Below the pieces are notes generated by a model. It saw only the letters and a list, made by a program, of their open reading frames with translations. It made no database searches and was not told where the DNA came from. DNA of 64,000 nucleotides, taken from assembly GCF_006345805.1 (NCBI RefSeq), contig NC_043003.1, positions 46,128,001 through 46,192,000 on the forward strand. The letters run 5' to 3'. The stretch's first letter is position 1; every line of letters starts with the position of its first letter. This DNA comes from Octopus sinensis. Taxonomy: Eukaryota. Shown in pieces: positions 1 through 13,032 of this stretch. Made by a program: the position numbers and the translations under genes.

Positions 1-1060
1 CATCACAACTATTGCCATCACCAAGACTATCAACACAATCACAACAACCATTGAAATTATTACCAACGCTGTGACTACCCCCATTACCAATTCCTACCCC
101 CACTTCTACTCTTACACCCCCCATAACTACTACCTCCTTACATCACAAGTAACATCAAAAATTTCCATCATTACCAACACCCCTATACCACTTCCATAAC
201 AACTACTATAACAAGCACTGCTACCTTCAAAACTGCCACCAACACCACCACAATCACGACCACCACCACCTCCACCATTACAATCACAACCACCACCACA
301 ATCACCAACACCACTACCATTACAACTACCTCCACCGCCACTACCACCATCAACATCACCATCACCTCCACCATTACCACCACCACCGGCGCCACCACCA
401 CCAACACCACTGCCATCACAACCAACTCCACCACCACTACTACCACCACTGGCGCCAACACCACCACCACCACTGCCACCATCGGCGCCACCAACACCAC
501 CACCATTACCATCACAAGCACCTCCACCACTGCTACCACCACCGGCGCCACCACCACCAACACCACTACCATCAACATCACTATCACCACCACCATTACC
601 ATCACAACCACCTCCACCATCACCACCACTACCACCACCACTAAAATTACAACTGCCTCCACCACCACCACCACCACTACCACCACCACTAAAATTACAA
701 CTGCCTCCACCACCACCACCACTACCACCACAACTAAAATTACAACTGCCTCCACCACCACCACTACCACTACCACCACTATCACCACTCCCCACCACCA
801 CTTCTACCACTTTCACCACCACCACCACCACCACAACGAAACCAAGATCACAGCTATCATCACAGCGTCTACACTCCCACTACCATCATCACAACCACAA
901 AACCTGGAGTTGCAATTACCATCACTAACACCAACACCACTACCCCACAGACACGACTACCAACCAAACATTACCTCAGCACCACCACCACCACCTGCAT
1001 ACCGGACCACAAGAAATATCGCTACCATTATAACCAGATGGAAACTATGAATACCATCCA
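1..1060. repeat. Degenerate (ACC/CAC)n trinucleotide array with internal higher-order units
   Basis: Continuous ACC/ACT/ATC triplets; unit ctaaaattacaactgcctcc recurs at 641, 689 and 734. Confidence 0.95.
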
Positions 1061-1229
1061 CAACAACCACAAATTATAGCATAGGTTACATTTTGCAATC
1101 TGCATTATCATTGAGAAAAAACAGCATTATTACAGCGATCATCGCTATAGCTATTACCGAGGCCATTATCATAATCGACATTATCACATTCATCATCAAA
1201 TTCACCATTATCACCGTCATCATAATCAT

Positions 1230-1414
1230 CAGCATTATAACAACCATCAACAACATCGCATCATCAAAACCACTGTCATCGTCACTATCATCATCGTCAC
1301 CATTGTCATAACCGTCACCATCAGCAGCAGCATCTTCATCGTAATCATCATCGCCGCCACTACCACCATCATCACCATCATCATCATCATCATCGTAATC
1401 ATCATCATCATCGT

Positions 1415-1449
<35 letters not shown>

Positions 1450-1625
1450 CTATTACCATCATCATCACTATTACCATCATCATCACTATTACCATCATCA
1501 TCACTATTATCATCATCGTAATCATCATCATCATCGTAATCATCATCATCATCATCACTATTATCATCATCACTATTATCATCATCATCATCCGCAGCAG
1601 CAGCAGCAGCAGCAGCAGCAGCTTT
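1230..1625. repeat. (ATC)n/(GCA)n microsatellite array
   Basis: Direct reading; gives the poly-Asp/Met/Ile ORFs in the track. Confidence 0.95.
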
Positions 1626-1853
1626 ACAAGAACCATCATCGCCATTATTGTTGTGATAGCAATCATCATCAACTCGGCTATCATATCTCTCATCAATGGC
1701 ATCACGAACACAACCATCATAACCGAAACGAAAAACAATATGAAAGAACAGAAAGACGGACAAAGAACTAAAGTTAATGGTCTGTTCCACAAGATTTACC
1801 GCAGTTCATTCTCCCGACATATGCAAAGAAATATAGAAATAAGAGTGGAAATC

Positions 1854-1855
<2 letters not shown>

Positions 1856-1919
<64 letters not shown>

Positions 1920-2098
1920 ATACATACATACATTCACATATATATATACATATATATGTATATGAAGAATATATACGTTTATATATATATGTATATATAT
2001 ATATATATGCATATATATATATATGTATATGAAGAATATATACGTTTATATATATATATATATTATATATATATATATATAATATATATATATATATG

Positions 2099-2161
<63 letters not shown>

Positions 2162-2236
2162 GTACATATATACACATACATAAATATATATGTATATATA
2201 TATATATATATATATACGTACATATATATACATACT

Positions 2237-2269
<33 letters not shown>

Positions 2270-2518
2270 GTATTTATATATATGTATATATAGTATATAT
2301 ATATATATGCATATATATGTATATATGTATATATATATGCATATATATGTATATATATGCATATATATATATATACGCATATGTGTGTGTATGTATTGAT
2401 GTCTGTCTGTATGTATGTATTTATACATGCATTTATATATGCATGTGTATGTAAATATATACAAGTTTATATGTATGCATAAATATATATCTATCTATCT
2501 CTCTGTCTCTCTGTCTCT

Positions 2519-2558
<40 letters not shown>

Positions 2559-2782
2559 CTATGTATATAGACACGCACAATATGTACATATATATACATA
2601 TATATACATGCATACATATACATGCGTACTTAATTTTGCATACGCTTGTGACAGCGTGTTTGTATACAGATACGCAAGTGTGTGTGCACATATGTATGTG
2701 CATAGAATCATCTGTGTGTGTTTGAGTGTACATGTGTGCGTACCTATGTGTGTGTGTGTGTGTGTATGTATGTGTTCACTGT

Positions 2783-2818
<36 letters not shown>

Positions 2819-2830
2819 ATTCATCAGTTC
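1856..2830. repeat. Compound (TA)n/(TG)n/(TATG)n microsatellite
   Basis: Direct reading; similar large blocks at about 10190-11240, 24415-25170, 29520-30120, 33790-34020, 34470-34690, 35020-35190, 43450-43700, 50405-50710 and 55160-55535. Confidence 0.97.
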
Positions 2831-3159
2831 CTTCATTATATTGCAAAGATTGCAAATATCATCCTCACCTAACATAACTACTGCAACAACTGAAACATGG
2901 AAACGAGGCACCAACACCACCACCACCACCACCACCAATACCGCCACCAACACCGCCACTAACACTACCACCAACACTACCGCCATCACCACCGCAACCA
3001 CCGCCATTTTCCAATATTAATCAGGAAATTAACACGATATGCCTCAAACTATGGAATGTATAAAATATTTTTCTTAATGAAATCCATGCAATGTACTTCC
3101 TGACCTTCTCATTCTTTCGATACTTTCTCTTTCTCTCTGACTTTCTCTGCCTCTGTATC

Positions 3160-3179
3160 CCCTCTTTCTCTCTCTCGCT

Positions 3180-3220
<41 letters not shown>

Positions 3221-3444
3221 CCCTTTATATCTTGATCACTCAGGTTCGTTTAATGTGTACCCTTCCGTGTTTCTACGCATGTATGGATACATATATTCAA
3301 CTATCTGCTTATCTCGCTATGTATATATACACATATATATATATATATATGTGTGTGTGTGCACGTTTGTATGTGTGTGTAAAGTAAATGTATATATATA
3401 TATATACATATAGATAGCTAGATAGATAAATAGATAGATAGATG

Positions 3445-3511
<67 letters not shown>

Positions 3512-3645
3512 GCACTCCTTTACAGACACGTGCACATAGTAGTAAAGAAAGGAAGGAAGGAAGGAAGGAAGGAAGGAGGGAAAGAAGGAAGGAAGGAAGG
3601 AAGGAAAGGAGAAAAGAAGGAAAGGAAGAAGGAAGGAAAAGATGG
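3160..3645. repeat. (CT)n, (GATA)n and (GGAA)n microsatellites
   Basis: Direct reading. Confidence 0.95.
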
Positions 3646-3863
3646 TAAGAGAGAACTGGAGATAGAATATACATACATAGAGACATACATACATACTTAC
3701 TCATATACAAACAGTGTGTGAGAGGGAGAGAGAGGAGGAGAGGGCGGAGGGAGAGGCAGAGATAGCTCAGGTGGGTAGTGATGTACTTGAATGACTTAAA
3801 TATTTCAGTATTAAATGTAATAGAAAATAAAATATCCTAAATTAATAGAAATTTTCCTCTCAG

Positions 3864-3928
3864 GTGATGAAGGAAAACAAAAGTCTTGCGATAATTATGA
3901 ACAACTTTCGGAGGAAAATGAGAGATAG
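3864..3928 (+). CDS. Candidate terminal exon (G)DEGKQKSCDNYEQLSEENER*
   Basis: Acceptor ttttcctctcag at 3852-3863; phase-1 frame open to TAG 3926-3928; YEQL motif. No transcript evidence. Confidence 0.35.
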
Positions 3929-4299
3929 TTAATTAGAACCAATTAAAAATTAATTTCACAGAATATTTAATTTTCATTGTTTCGGTAAAATAAGATCTGA
4001 CGACCTGGTTAACTACTACTACTACTAGTAGTAGTAGTAGTAGTAGTTTTTGTGCAGAGTGGGGTAAGCCCTGAGCGAACACGCTTTTGGTTATAGGCAC
4101 TCAAACAGTGAACTACCCTTCCTTTTTTCACCGCTATGCAAGAAACCATGCACATAGAAGTCAAAAGCAGTTTGAAGGAGCTTGGCTGTTATTTTTAGCA
4201 AGCTGAAGCTCTCTCGCTTCGATCTCATAGGAATATAACTGGTACGAAAGTTTCGCTCTTATTAGAGCTCACCAGCGACGCATAGACTTCTAGAGCCTG

Positions 4300-4500
4300 C
4301 TCGAACAATGAACGTAGATTCTCGCAACCAGAAGTGAAGTTGCAAATAGTTTTAAACAATAACGATTCGTATAATTACAAGGAGTAAACTAAGAAAAATA
4401 ATAAATGTGCACATATTCTATACTTCACTGATGAGGTCAAATATGCCGAAATATAACTGCAACTGGCAAAGATCAGGCTTGAAACATTAGCATGAAAATT
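4300..4500 (+). mobile_element. Penelope-like terminal remnant with hammerhead-like core
   Basis: CTGATGA-ggt-caaatat-gcc-GAAATATA at 4428-4455. Confidence 0.4.
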
Positions 4501-4734
4501 AAATTTTCTTTGCAATTAATTCTTAAATTCCTCGTATTATTTTCTCTCTTCTCTGAGAATCATAGACAATTGCTGTGAGAATTTTATTTTTTTTAAAGAG
4601 CCAACCGGCGAATTTCAAAACTTTGACACTCTTTTGCGTATAGGATTCAAATACTTCCACAACTACCTGAATGCATTCAGCGCATTGGCCTATTTGAGTT
4701 ACTACTTATACGATTATTATAATACGTAGATGAG

Positions 4735-5034
4735 TGGAGGCACATGGCCTGGAGGTTAGAGGAGCGGATTCGAGGCATCGCGAGTTCGAATCTCAGACAG
4801 GATGATGTGTGTGTTTATGAGCGAAATATCTAACCTCCAAGCGGCTCCAGTAGACGGTAATGAGGAACTTCTGCTGACTCTTTCACCACAACTCTCCTTC
4901 ACTCTTTTGTCCCACATCTAGTAGCTCACCTGCGACGGACCGGCGTTCCGTCCATCTGGGGAACCTATACGCCAATGAAACGGGGAAACCGGCCATCATG
5001 AGCCAGGCATGGCTTGAGAAGGAACAAACAACAA
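4735..5034 (+). mobile_element. tRNA-derived SINE, family C
   Basis: A-box-like tggcctggaggtt and B-box gagttcgaatctc; colinear with the reverse complement of 48069-48367. Confidence 0.9.
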
Positions 5035-6079
5035 AATATGTAGATGTAATATTTTGTTATTTACGGGCATCGATATATATATTTACTTACACCGATATAT
5101 ATTTATTAATTTCTCAATACCTCAATAAGTACGATAATGTAAATAACACTACGCAAACATTGTAATGGGTCATATTTATTTTCTGCGCATTATCATATCT
5201 CGTACACAATTTCAAAAATGTTATTAACTATTTTTTAAAATCCCTTTCATCAACCGTTAGTTTACTTTGGGAGGGTATTTACACTGTGGGAAGCCGGTTT
5301 CACTTATCTAAAATCAAATTTTTACATATCAAGCCTTTAATTCTACGATATATCAAGCGGAGATCTCATAAAACTGCAAAAGGTTTCAATTTTTGAGAGC
5401 ACTATAAACCTTATCAAATATACGAAATCTATCAATCTGCTCTAGATATAAGCTTCTATGTTTTTCGCCATTGTCAGAAGATGAGGAAAATCAAGGACTC
5501 CCCCATGTCGACAGATATTTCAGCATACCTGATGCGAGATGCTACACATTTCACGGAAGCTGAAGGAAAATAAGCACATTACTATTCAGAGATACTGTAA
5601 ACTGCAGGATCTGTTTCTTTTAACGAAAGCTTACAAATACCTAAACCACCAGCGAATGCAGTTAACGTTACTTGTAATTATACTTGTATGACTATGGATC
5701 TTGCACATTGAGTTACTAAGAACATGTAAGCTGAGCTCGCATGCTCTCTATTAATAAAGTAACCAAAGTAAATATTTACTCATCATTCATGCTTTCGATA
5801 CATTTACAAGCAGCAAGTAATTTTTCTTTCAGTTTAGTAGGATATTTTATTTATTTAATTACTTTTTATCTTTTAGTCCAAAAAAGAAAGCAGTGCCCAT
5901 GATTCTTCAACCTCTGAGGCTGGCGAGAAGGTGATAGAAAGATATCTTCGTGCCCGAGTCCTAACGCACCTACTTACAGCAGAGTGGACTCCGATGATAA
6001 AGACACTCCAAACGCTAGACATAGTATTAAACTAGTTGACGGATTATGTTTCGCATGCAAGTAGCCAGCAAGGCATCAG

Positions 6080-6190
6080 CTTCTGGATCATATTTTTCAT
6101 CGACCCTGAAAGAATGTAAGAAAAAAAATGATTTCGGCAGGATTTGAACACAGCGCAAAAACGTCTGAACAAATATAATAAAACATTATA
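6080..6190 (-). mobile_element. SINE family A fragment
   Basis: catcgaccctgaaagaatg...ggcaggatttgaacacag matches the reverse complement of the family A body. Confidence 0.6.
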
Positions 6191-6269
6191 GCTAAGGTTC
6201 AAACAACTCTGCCAATTCAACGAATATAATCTTTCAACTTTCATCGTACACTTATTTCAATCATGAAAA

Positions 6270-6645
6270 TACGGCCGTGCTGGACGACCACCTTGAAAAA
6301 TGTTTAGTTGAATGAATCGAACCCCCAAACTTGTTCACTTTTTAAAAGCCTTGTACTTAATCTATTGGCATCTTACCGCATCGCCAAGTAACGGGACGTA
6401 AACAAACCAACGCTAGTTGTCAAATGGTGGTGGGGGACAAACGCAGACAGAAACGCACACACACACACACACACACACAATATACAACGCCTTCTTTCAG
6501 TTTCAGTACACCAAACCAACTCACAAGGCTTTGGTCGGGCGAAGGCTATAGAAGACACTTGCCCAAGGTGCCACACAGTGGGACTGAACCCGAAACCATG
6601 TGGTTAGGAAGCAAATTTTCGTGCCAGACAGCAATGCCTGCGCCT
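6270..6645 (-). mobile_element. tRNA-derived SINE, family B (octopus OK/OR-type; exact name not verified)
   Basis: Ends ...gaagacacttgcccaagg...gggactgaacccg...cctgcgcc; homologous to 31355-31706 and 42272-42674; central (CA)n. Confidence 0.9.
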
Positions 6646-6787
6646 ATATTGTAGTCTGTTCGTGCAAATTTTCACCATTCGTAGCAGGTATATGTTTACG
6701 GCTACACTTTCCAAACCAAATCGATTTTGGTTACTTCATTTGAGACTTCAGCTCCACTATGACAAAAACTACGATTTTAACATTCAG

Positions 6788-6832
6788 GCTAAAATAATTT
6801 TCGAGATATCTAACTGTCATCAACCTGAAGAG
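6788..6832 (+). CDS. Candidate internal exon AKIIFEISNCHQPEE (phase 0/0)
   Basis: Acceptor ttttaacattcag; strong donor GAG|GTAAGC; only one frame is open. Confidence 0.35.
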
Positions 6833-7099
6833 GTAAGCAGTATTTGCAATTTATGCTGTAAAAAAGCAGATATATGAGTTATAGTAAGCAAGTATGAGAT
6901 GTATCATTCATTAGGACCGAAAAATGACTTCGAAGAATGCCAATTGTTCAGAGGGAATAATAAAAACCGAAATATACGTCTACAACTCAGTCGAAACAAA
7001 AAATGATATTGCTTTTTGCTTCTCGATATTTTCAGAAATGGAGTTTTGTACAATACACAAGTCACCGATGACTAGGTGTTGGATTTATTTATATTCTAG

Positions 7100-7184
7100 T
7101 GTGGAGAAGAAAAATATGACAACTTCTTTAATTTTCTTAAGAAGAACCAGACTAAAAGTACTGCTCATGAACGTCTAACCATAG
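7100..7184 (+). CDS. Candidate internal exon CGEEKYDNFFNFLKKNQTKSTAHERLTI (phase 0/1)
   Basis: Acceptor tttatttatattctag; strong donor TAG|GTGAGC; 28 open codons. Confidence 0.4.
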
Positions 7185-7417
7185 GTGAGCCATTTTGAAA
7201 ATAAAATTTCCGGATCATTCTGTATTTATTGCTGAACTACTCTAATTCTTTGTAAATCAGAGAGAAACTCGGCATCAAATTGTATGTATATGTGTATGTA
7301 TGTATGTATGTATGTATGTATGTATGTATGTATGTATGTATGTATGCATGCATGTATGTAGGTGTGTATGTATGCATACCTGTATGTGCGTGTGTATGTA
7401 TATATGCCTGCACCGCC

Positions 7418-7600
7418 ATGTTAGATCGTTAGCCACAACACACATTTTTTCTCTCCTTGTTTTTTCTGTGTCCCTTTCTGTAGAAGAGCGTAGGCTCGAA
7501 ACGTAAAAGACTTTTTCTATTCCTGAACGTTATACTAATACATCTGTTTGTTTTGTACACCACTTGTCTTCGTCTTTTGTTTTTTTCATAAACTCTCCCT
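7418..7600 (+). mobile_element. Penelope-like terminal repeat
   Basis: Contains a minimal hammerhead-like motif ending gctcgaaacgta, in T-rich flanks typical of PLE pseudo-LTRs. Confidence 0.55.
7474..7509 (+). ncRNA. Minimal type I hammerhead-ribozyme-like motif (core A6U)
   Basis: Stem I cttt/aaag; core CTGTAGA+A; stem II gag/ctc; GAAA; palindromic ACGT stem III; GUA triplet. Confidence 0.55.
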
Positions 7601-7818
7601 AGCACTATTAGTATCAAATAACATTCGCTATATCCTACTTAATGTGGATATACTTTAAGAACTTCGATTTTCGACTTCAGAAAGCATCTCGTGTAGACAT
7701 AAAATGCTAAAAGGTTCACTGATACTTCTGTGCTTTTTCACAGTATACGAACTGCATTCTTAAATTCATAAAGCATATCCCGTGAATGAAGGCTATGAAT
7801 ATTGATATATATATGCTG

Positions 7819-7936
<118 letters not shown>

Positions 7937-8483
7937 TGACTGAAGGAAAATTTTATAGAAATACATATATACATTCAAACCTCCATACATTCATATATTC
8001 ATATATGCATGAACGCATACATTCATACATATATGCATATACGCATACATAGATACCTACCAACCTACCTACCTATCTAATTACCCATCTGCCTGCCTAC
8101 ATACATACGTATGTATGTATGACAGACTGATAGACAAACAGACATAAATACATACAAAATACGTATGTATGTAAGTATGTATGTATGTATGTATATATAC
8201 ATATATATATATGTGGGTGTGTGCGTGTGTGTGTGCGTGTGTGCGTGCGAATGTGTGTGTATAATGGTCACAGGATAGCGAAAAAATTTAGAAGCGACGG
8301 ATAGAATCATCGTTTTCGAACGAATAAACTCCACCTTGTATCTACATATTGATTATTTCATATTTCTTTTGAACATTCAAAAGTTTGCGGGTGTATATAT
8401 GTGTGTGTTCTTCCTGTTTATTCACATCCATGCATAACACACACATGCACACACACCTACACATGCACACATGCATATATATG

Positions 8484-8526
<43 letters not shown>

Positions 8527-8813
8527 ATGTATATAGACATATTTTGTGTGTGTAGCATGTATATAGACATATTTTATATGTGTGTGTGTGTGTGTCGCAT
8601 GTATGCATATATCTATATATATATAAGAATAAATAAGAATATATAAGAATAACTGATAGCGATGGAACCAACGAACCCATTGGTTGCTAGGCGACGGCAT
8701 TACCGATTACACAACAGAACACGTGCTAATGCCTTCATCTCTCAAATTTAGGCATTTAAATTTTATTCTATTTTGCATATTTTTTCTTAATCTGCTATAT
8801 TTATCTCCCCAAG

Positions 8814-8869
8814 ATTTTAATTGTTCAATTACTTACTGTAGCAGAACATGTAACAGTCCAACTTCAAAT
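8814..8869 (+). CDS. Candidate internal exon (D)FNCSITYCSRTCNSPTSN (phase 1/0)
   Basis: Long pyrimidine tract ending ccccaag; donor AAT|GTACGT; phase fits the 7100-7184 exon. Confidence 0.3.
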
Positions 8870-9173
8870 GTACGTGTGTGTGTGTATGTATGCAAGTATG
8901 TGTGTGGACGTGCATGGATATGTGTGCGTGGTTGCGTGTGCGTGTATGTGTTTGCTTGTGCGATCGCAAGTAGGCACTGACGCGCAGGCAAAACCTTTGA
9001 AAGTGTTAATAGGATACAGAAAATAAAGAATAATGATGTATAGAATAGAGCTGGTGGTTCACACTGTCGCATCTTTGAGTTCCCCACTATAGTATGCCGA
9101 TTTAGTTTTGTTTTTTTTGTCACCAGGAAACTTGGAGTGACGTTGCAACGAATAGGTGACATCGAGTGAATAT

Positions 9174-9401
9174 ACGCGAGTTTGCACAATCGTTAGCACG
9201 CCGGGCGAAATGCATAGGCTATTTCGTCTGCCGTTACGTTGTGAGTTCAAATTCCGCCGAGGTCGACTTTGCCTTTCATCCTTTCGGGGTCGATAAATTA
9301 AGTACCAGTTACGCACTGGAGTCGATGAAATCGACTTAATCCGTTCGTCTGTCCTTGTTTGTCCCCTCTGTGTTTAGCCCCTTGTGGGCAATAAAGAAAT
9401 A
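9174..9401 (+). mobile_element. tRNA-derived SINE, family A
   Basis: cgttagcacgccgggcgaaatg...B-box gagttcaaattcc...agccccttgtgggcaataaagaaata; many copies in the window. Confidence 0.92.
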
Positions 9402-9753
9402 TATACGAATACGCATATCTGAGTCCTCTTTAAATCTATATAGTATATAAGTCTACGTATATTCGGTGTGAGTGGTTTTGTTATACGGTGCCGTATTTTA
9501 CAATCCTGTAAATAATAATAATGGTATTTTTATATAAACTTAAAGCTTATGGCGATCACCATGCAATGCCTAAGGAAAATAGTCTAATAACGGGGCATAT
9601 ATGCCCCTGACAGAAAAAAAGAGAAAGCTTTTCCTATCCGCGTGTGACACGAACCTACATCCCGTTGTTAATGCGACTAAGTGTGTTAACTTTAGACTAA
9701 CGAATTAGCCTCCCAGTTTCTTTCGAACTTAAGAACTATATTAATTCGTATTG

Positions 9754-9984
9754 GGCGGCGAGCTGGCAGAAACGTTAGCACGCCGGGCGAAATACGTAGT
9801 CGTATTTCGTCTGCCTTTACGTTCTGAGTTCAAATTCTGCCGAGGTCGACTTTGCCTTTCATCCTTTCGGGGTCTATAAATTAACTACCAGTTACGTACA
9901 GGGGTCGATGTAATTGATTTAATCCGTTTGTCTGTCCTTGTTGGTCTCCTCTGTGTTTAGCCCCATGTGGGTAGTAAAGAAATA
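9754..9984 (+). mobile_element. SINE family A, full length
   Basis: ggcggcgagctggcagaaacgttagc head through gtagtaaagaaata tail. Confidence 0.93.
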
Positions 9985-10099
9985 TATATTAGTTCGTATT
10001 TGTTTATGTAAATAAACTTTCTATATGCTTCCGATGCGAATTGTTTTGTTATACAGTGCCGTATTTTACAATCGTGTAAATAATAATAATAGTATTTTT

Positions 10100-10760
<661 letters not shown>

Positions 10761-10802
10761 ACATATATATGTAGGTAAGTACATATATGTATGTATATAT
10801 GC

Positions 10803-10835
<33 letters not shown>

Positions 10836-10943
10836 GCATACATTATATATATATATGCATATATTTATATATATATATATATATGCATACATTATTATAT
10901 ATATGCATATATTATATATATATATATAAATATATATATATGC

Positions 10944-10975
<32 letters not shown>

Positions 10976-11043
10976 CATATATTTACATATATATATATGC
11001 ATATATATATTATATATATACATATACATAGATATATGCATAT

Positions 11044-11083
<40 letters not shown>

Positions 11084-11127
11084 CGTGTATATATATATAT
11101 ATACATATACATAGATATATGCATATA

Positions 11128-11166
<39 letters not shown>

Positions 11167-12287
11167 GTGTATATATATATATACATATGTAAATACATAC
11201 ATATATAAAGATATATTTACATTTATATGTATATATGTATAATTATAAACATGTATGCAGGTGTGTGTCCGATTGTATACATTAATGTTTCAATGTATGG
11301 TTGTATATATACATATATGTATGTATACATCTATGTTCTATGCGTCTAAGTATCATAGTTTCTAAGCAGCTCTTTTTCAACACGTCCTTCAACTATAAAC
11401 AATGTGTATTGTGTTTGTTTAGCTGTGCTATTATTATATAATTACTACTTTGTTTCTTTCAAATCATTTGTTTCCCGTTCATATTGTTTGTTATATCTCT
11501 ATGAAAATCTAGTATGGAAGTATGTTTAGATATATCCAACATTCTCTTTGCTATGGATATCATTTTCTACACATGTGGTAAAACATACTCCACATACTCC
11601 AATACTAATCAATATTGCTACATTTACCAGTCACATTCCCACTTCACATGCACTCTCTAAACCTACCGTAACCCACTCACAAAAGTACTGATTGATTCGC
11701 GCTTTCTTCCCTCAATGCTGATTGTTTTTATACATGATATATATTTGTCTTATATTCCGCCATCGTTTTGACCTGCCAGGGTAAGGTCACCTATTTGGTC
11801 GACCGCTCTATTAGGAAGAACAGCTACATTTCTATCAAATTCATACTCCACTCCAACTCCTTAGTAAAAGATATATTGAATAATGTGGACTGGTACTCGC
11901 ATCATAGAGGGAAAAGCGATGGAGTAGTCGCGGTTAGAGTGTCCATATTTACACATCTAAAAAACGAAATTAACACCATTACTCAACCACGATTTTTTAT
12001 GTGGTTAATCCAGCTGCTAGAAATTGTAACTATATTATCTTCAATGTACTCTCTGCTATTTGAAATTAGGAAAAGACACAATGGATGAGGTAGTCTTATA
12101 AGTCTTGATCATCAAAGCAAAAATGTTTTGCATCAATGGTCTGTTCGATGAGAGTTAACTTGGGACTAAAATTAAAAGCAACAAAAGCAATGACAGTAAT
12201 ATATATACTATGTTGCGTTACGACATTATTTACTCATCCCTAGCTCTCATATAGCGACATTGCAAAGCTAATGCATTTCTATCGCAG

Positions 12288-12389
12288 CTGTGCAACATTC
12301 GCCTAAAATGCGGGCCCTACACAGACTACGGTCGTTTTCCGTTAAATCTCACATCACTCTCCGTTAGACATATTCAATTAACATCTACT
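12288..12389 (+). CDS. Candidate internal exon LCNIRLKCGPYTDYGRFPLNLTSLSVRHIQLTST (phase 0/0)
   Basis: Acceptor catttctatcgcag; donor ACT|GTAAGC; lies within a stop-free frame of about 100 codons without ATG. Confidence 0.3.
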
Positions 12390-12805
12390 GTAAGCAAAGC
12401 CGTTAACAACGTCGTTACCGAGATATGGTCAACCGACGTCAGTCACAATAAAGCTAACTTACATTATCAACTGTCAAGGAAATCATTTCTCATAAATGCA
12501 TTTTTTCTATCCTCAATTTTTTTCTGTCCTCAATAACTCTCAAAGAACGCTCTCTTTTTTCAGTTAATCTACTTTTTTCTGAAACGTTCTCAATTAAAAA
12601 GGCTCACATTTCTCGATCAAGGCTAAACTGAGATGAAATGTTATTACTGGCCATCATCCAGCCTCATTTGGCTTTAATCTCCTTTATCTTCCTCACAACA
12701 AACATCATCTGCTGTCAGTCACCATTAGTCATCATACGCTGCCTTAGATCCACATCCTTTATCATCAACAGCCGGGGTGTAGTAAGAAGCTTGCTTTCCA
12801 GCCAC

Positions 12806-12995
12806 GTGTTTAACCCCTTGTGGGTAGTAAAGAAATAGGTATTTCGTCTGTCTTTACGTTCCGAGTTTAAATTCCGCTGAGGTCGACTTTGCCTTTCATC
12901 ACTTCGGGGTCGATAAATTAAGTACCATTTGCGTACTCTAATCGACTGGCCCCTACCTCCAAAATTTCGGGCCTTGTTCCTACAGTAGAAAAAAA
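12806..12995 (+). mobile_element. SINE family A, 5'-truncated dimer
   Basis: Tail gtagtaaagaaata joined directly to ggtatttcgtctg of a second monomer. Confidence 0.85.
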
Positions 12996-13032
12996 AGATA
13001 CATTTCTCGCTACAATGTATGGGTTTCTTACA

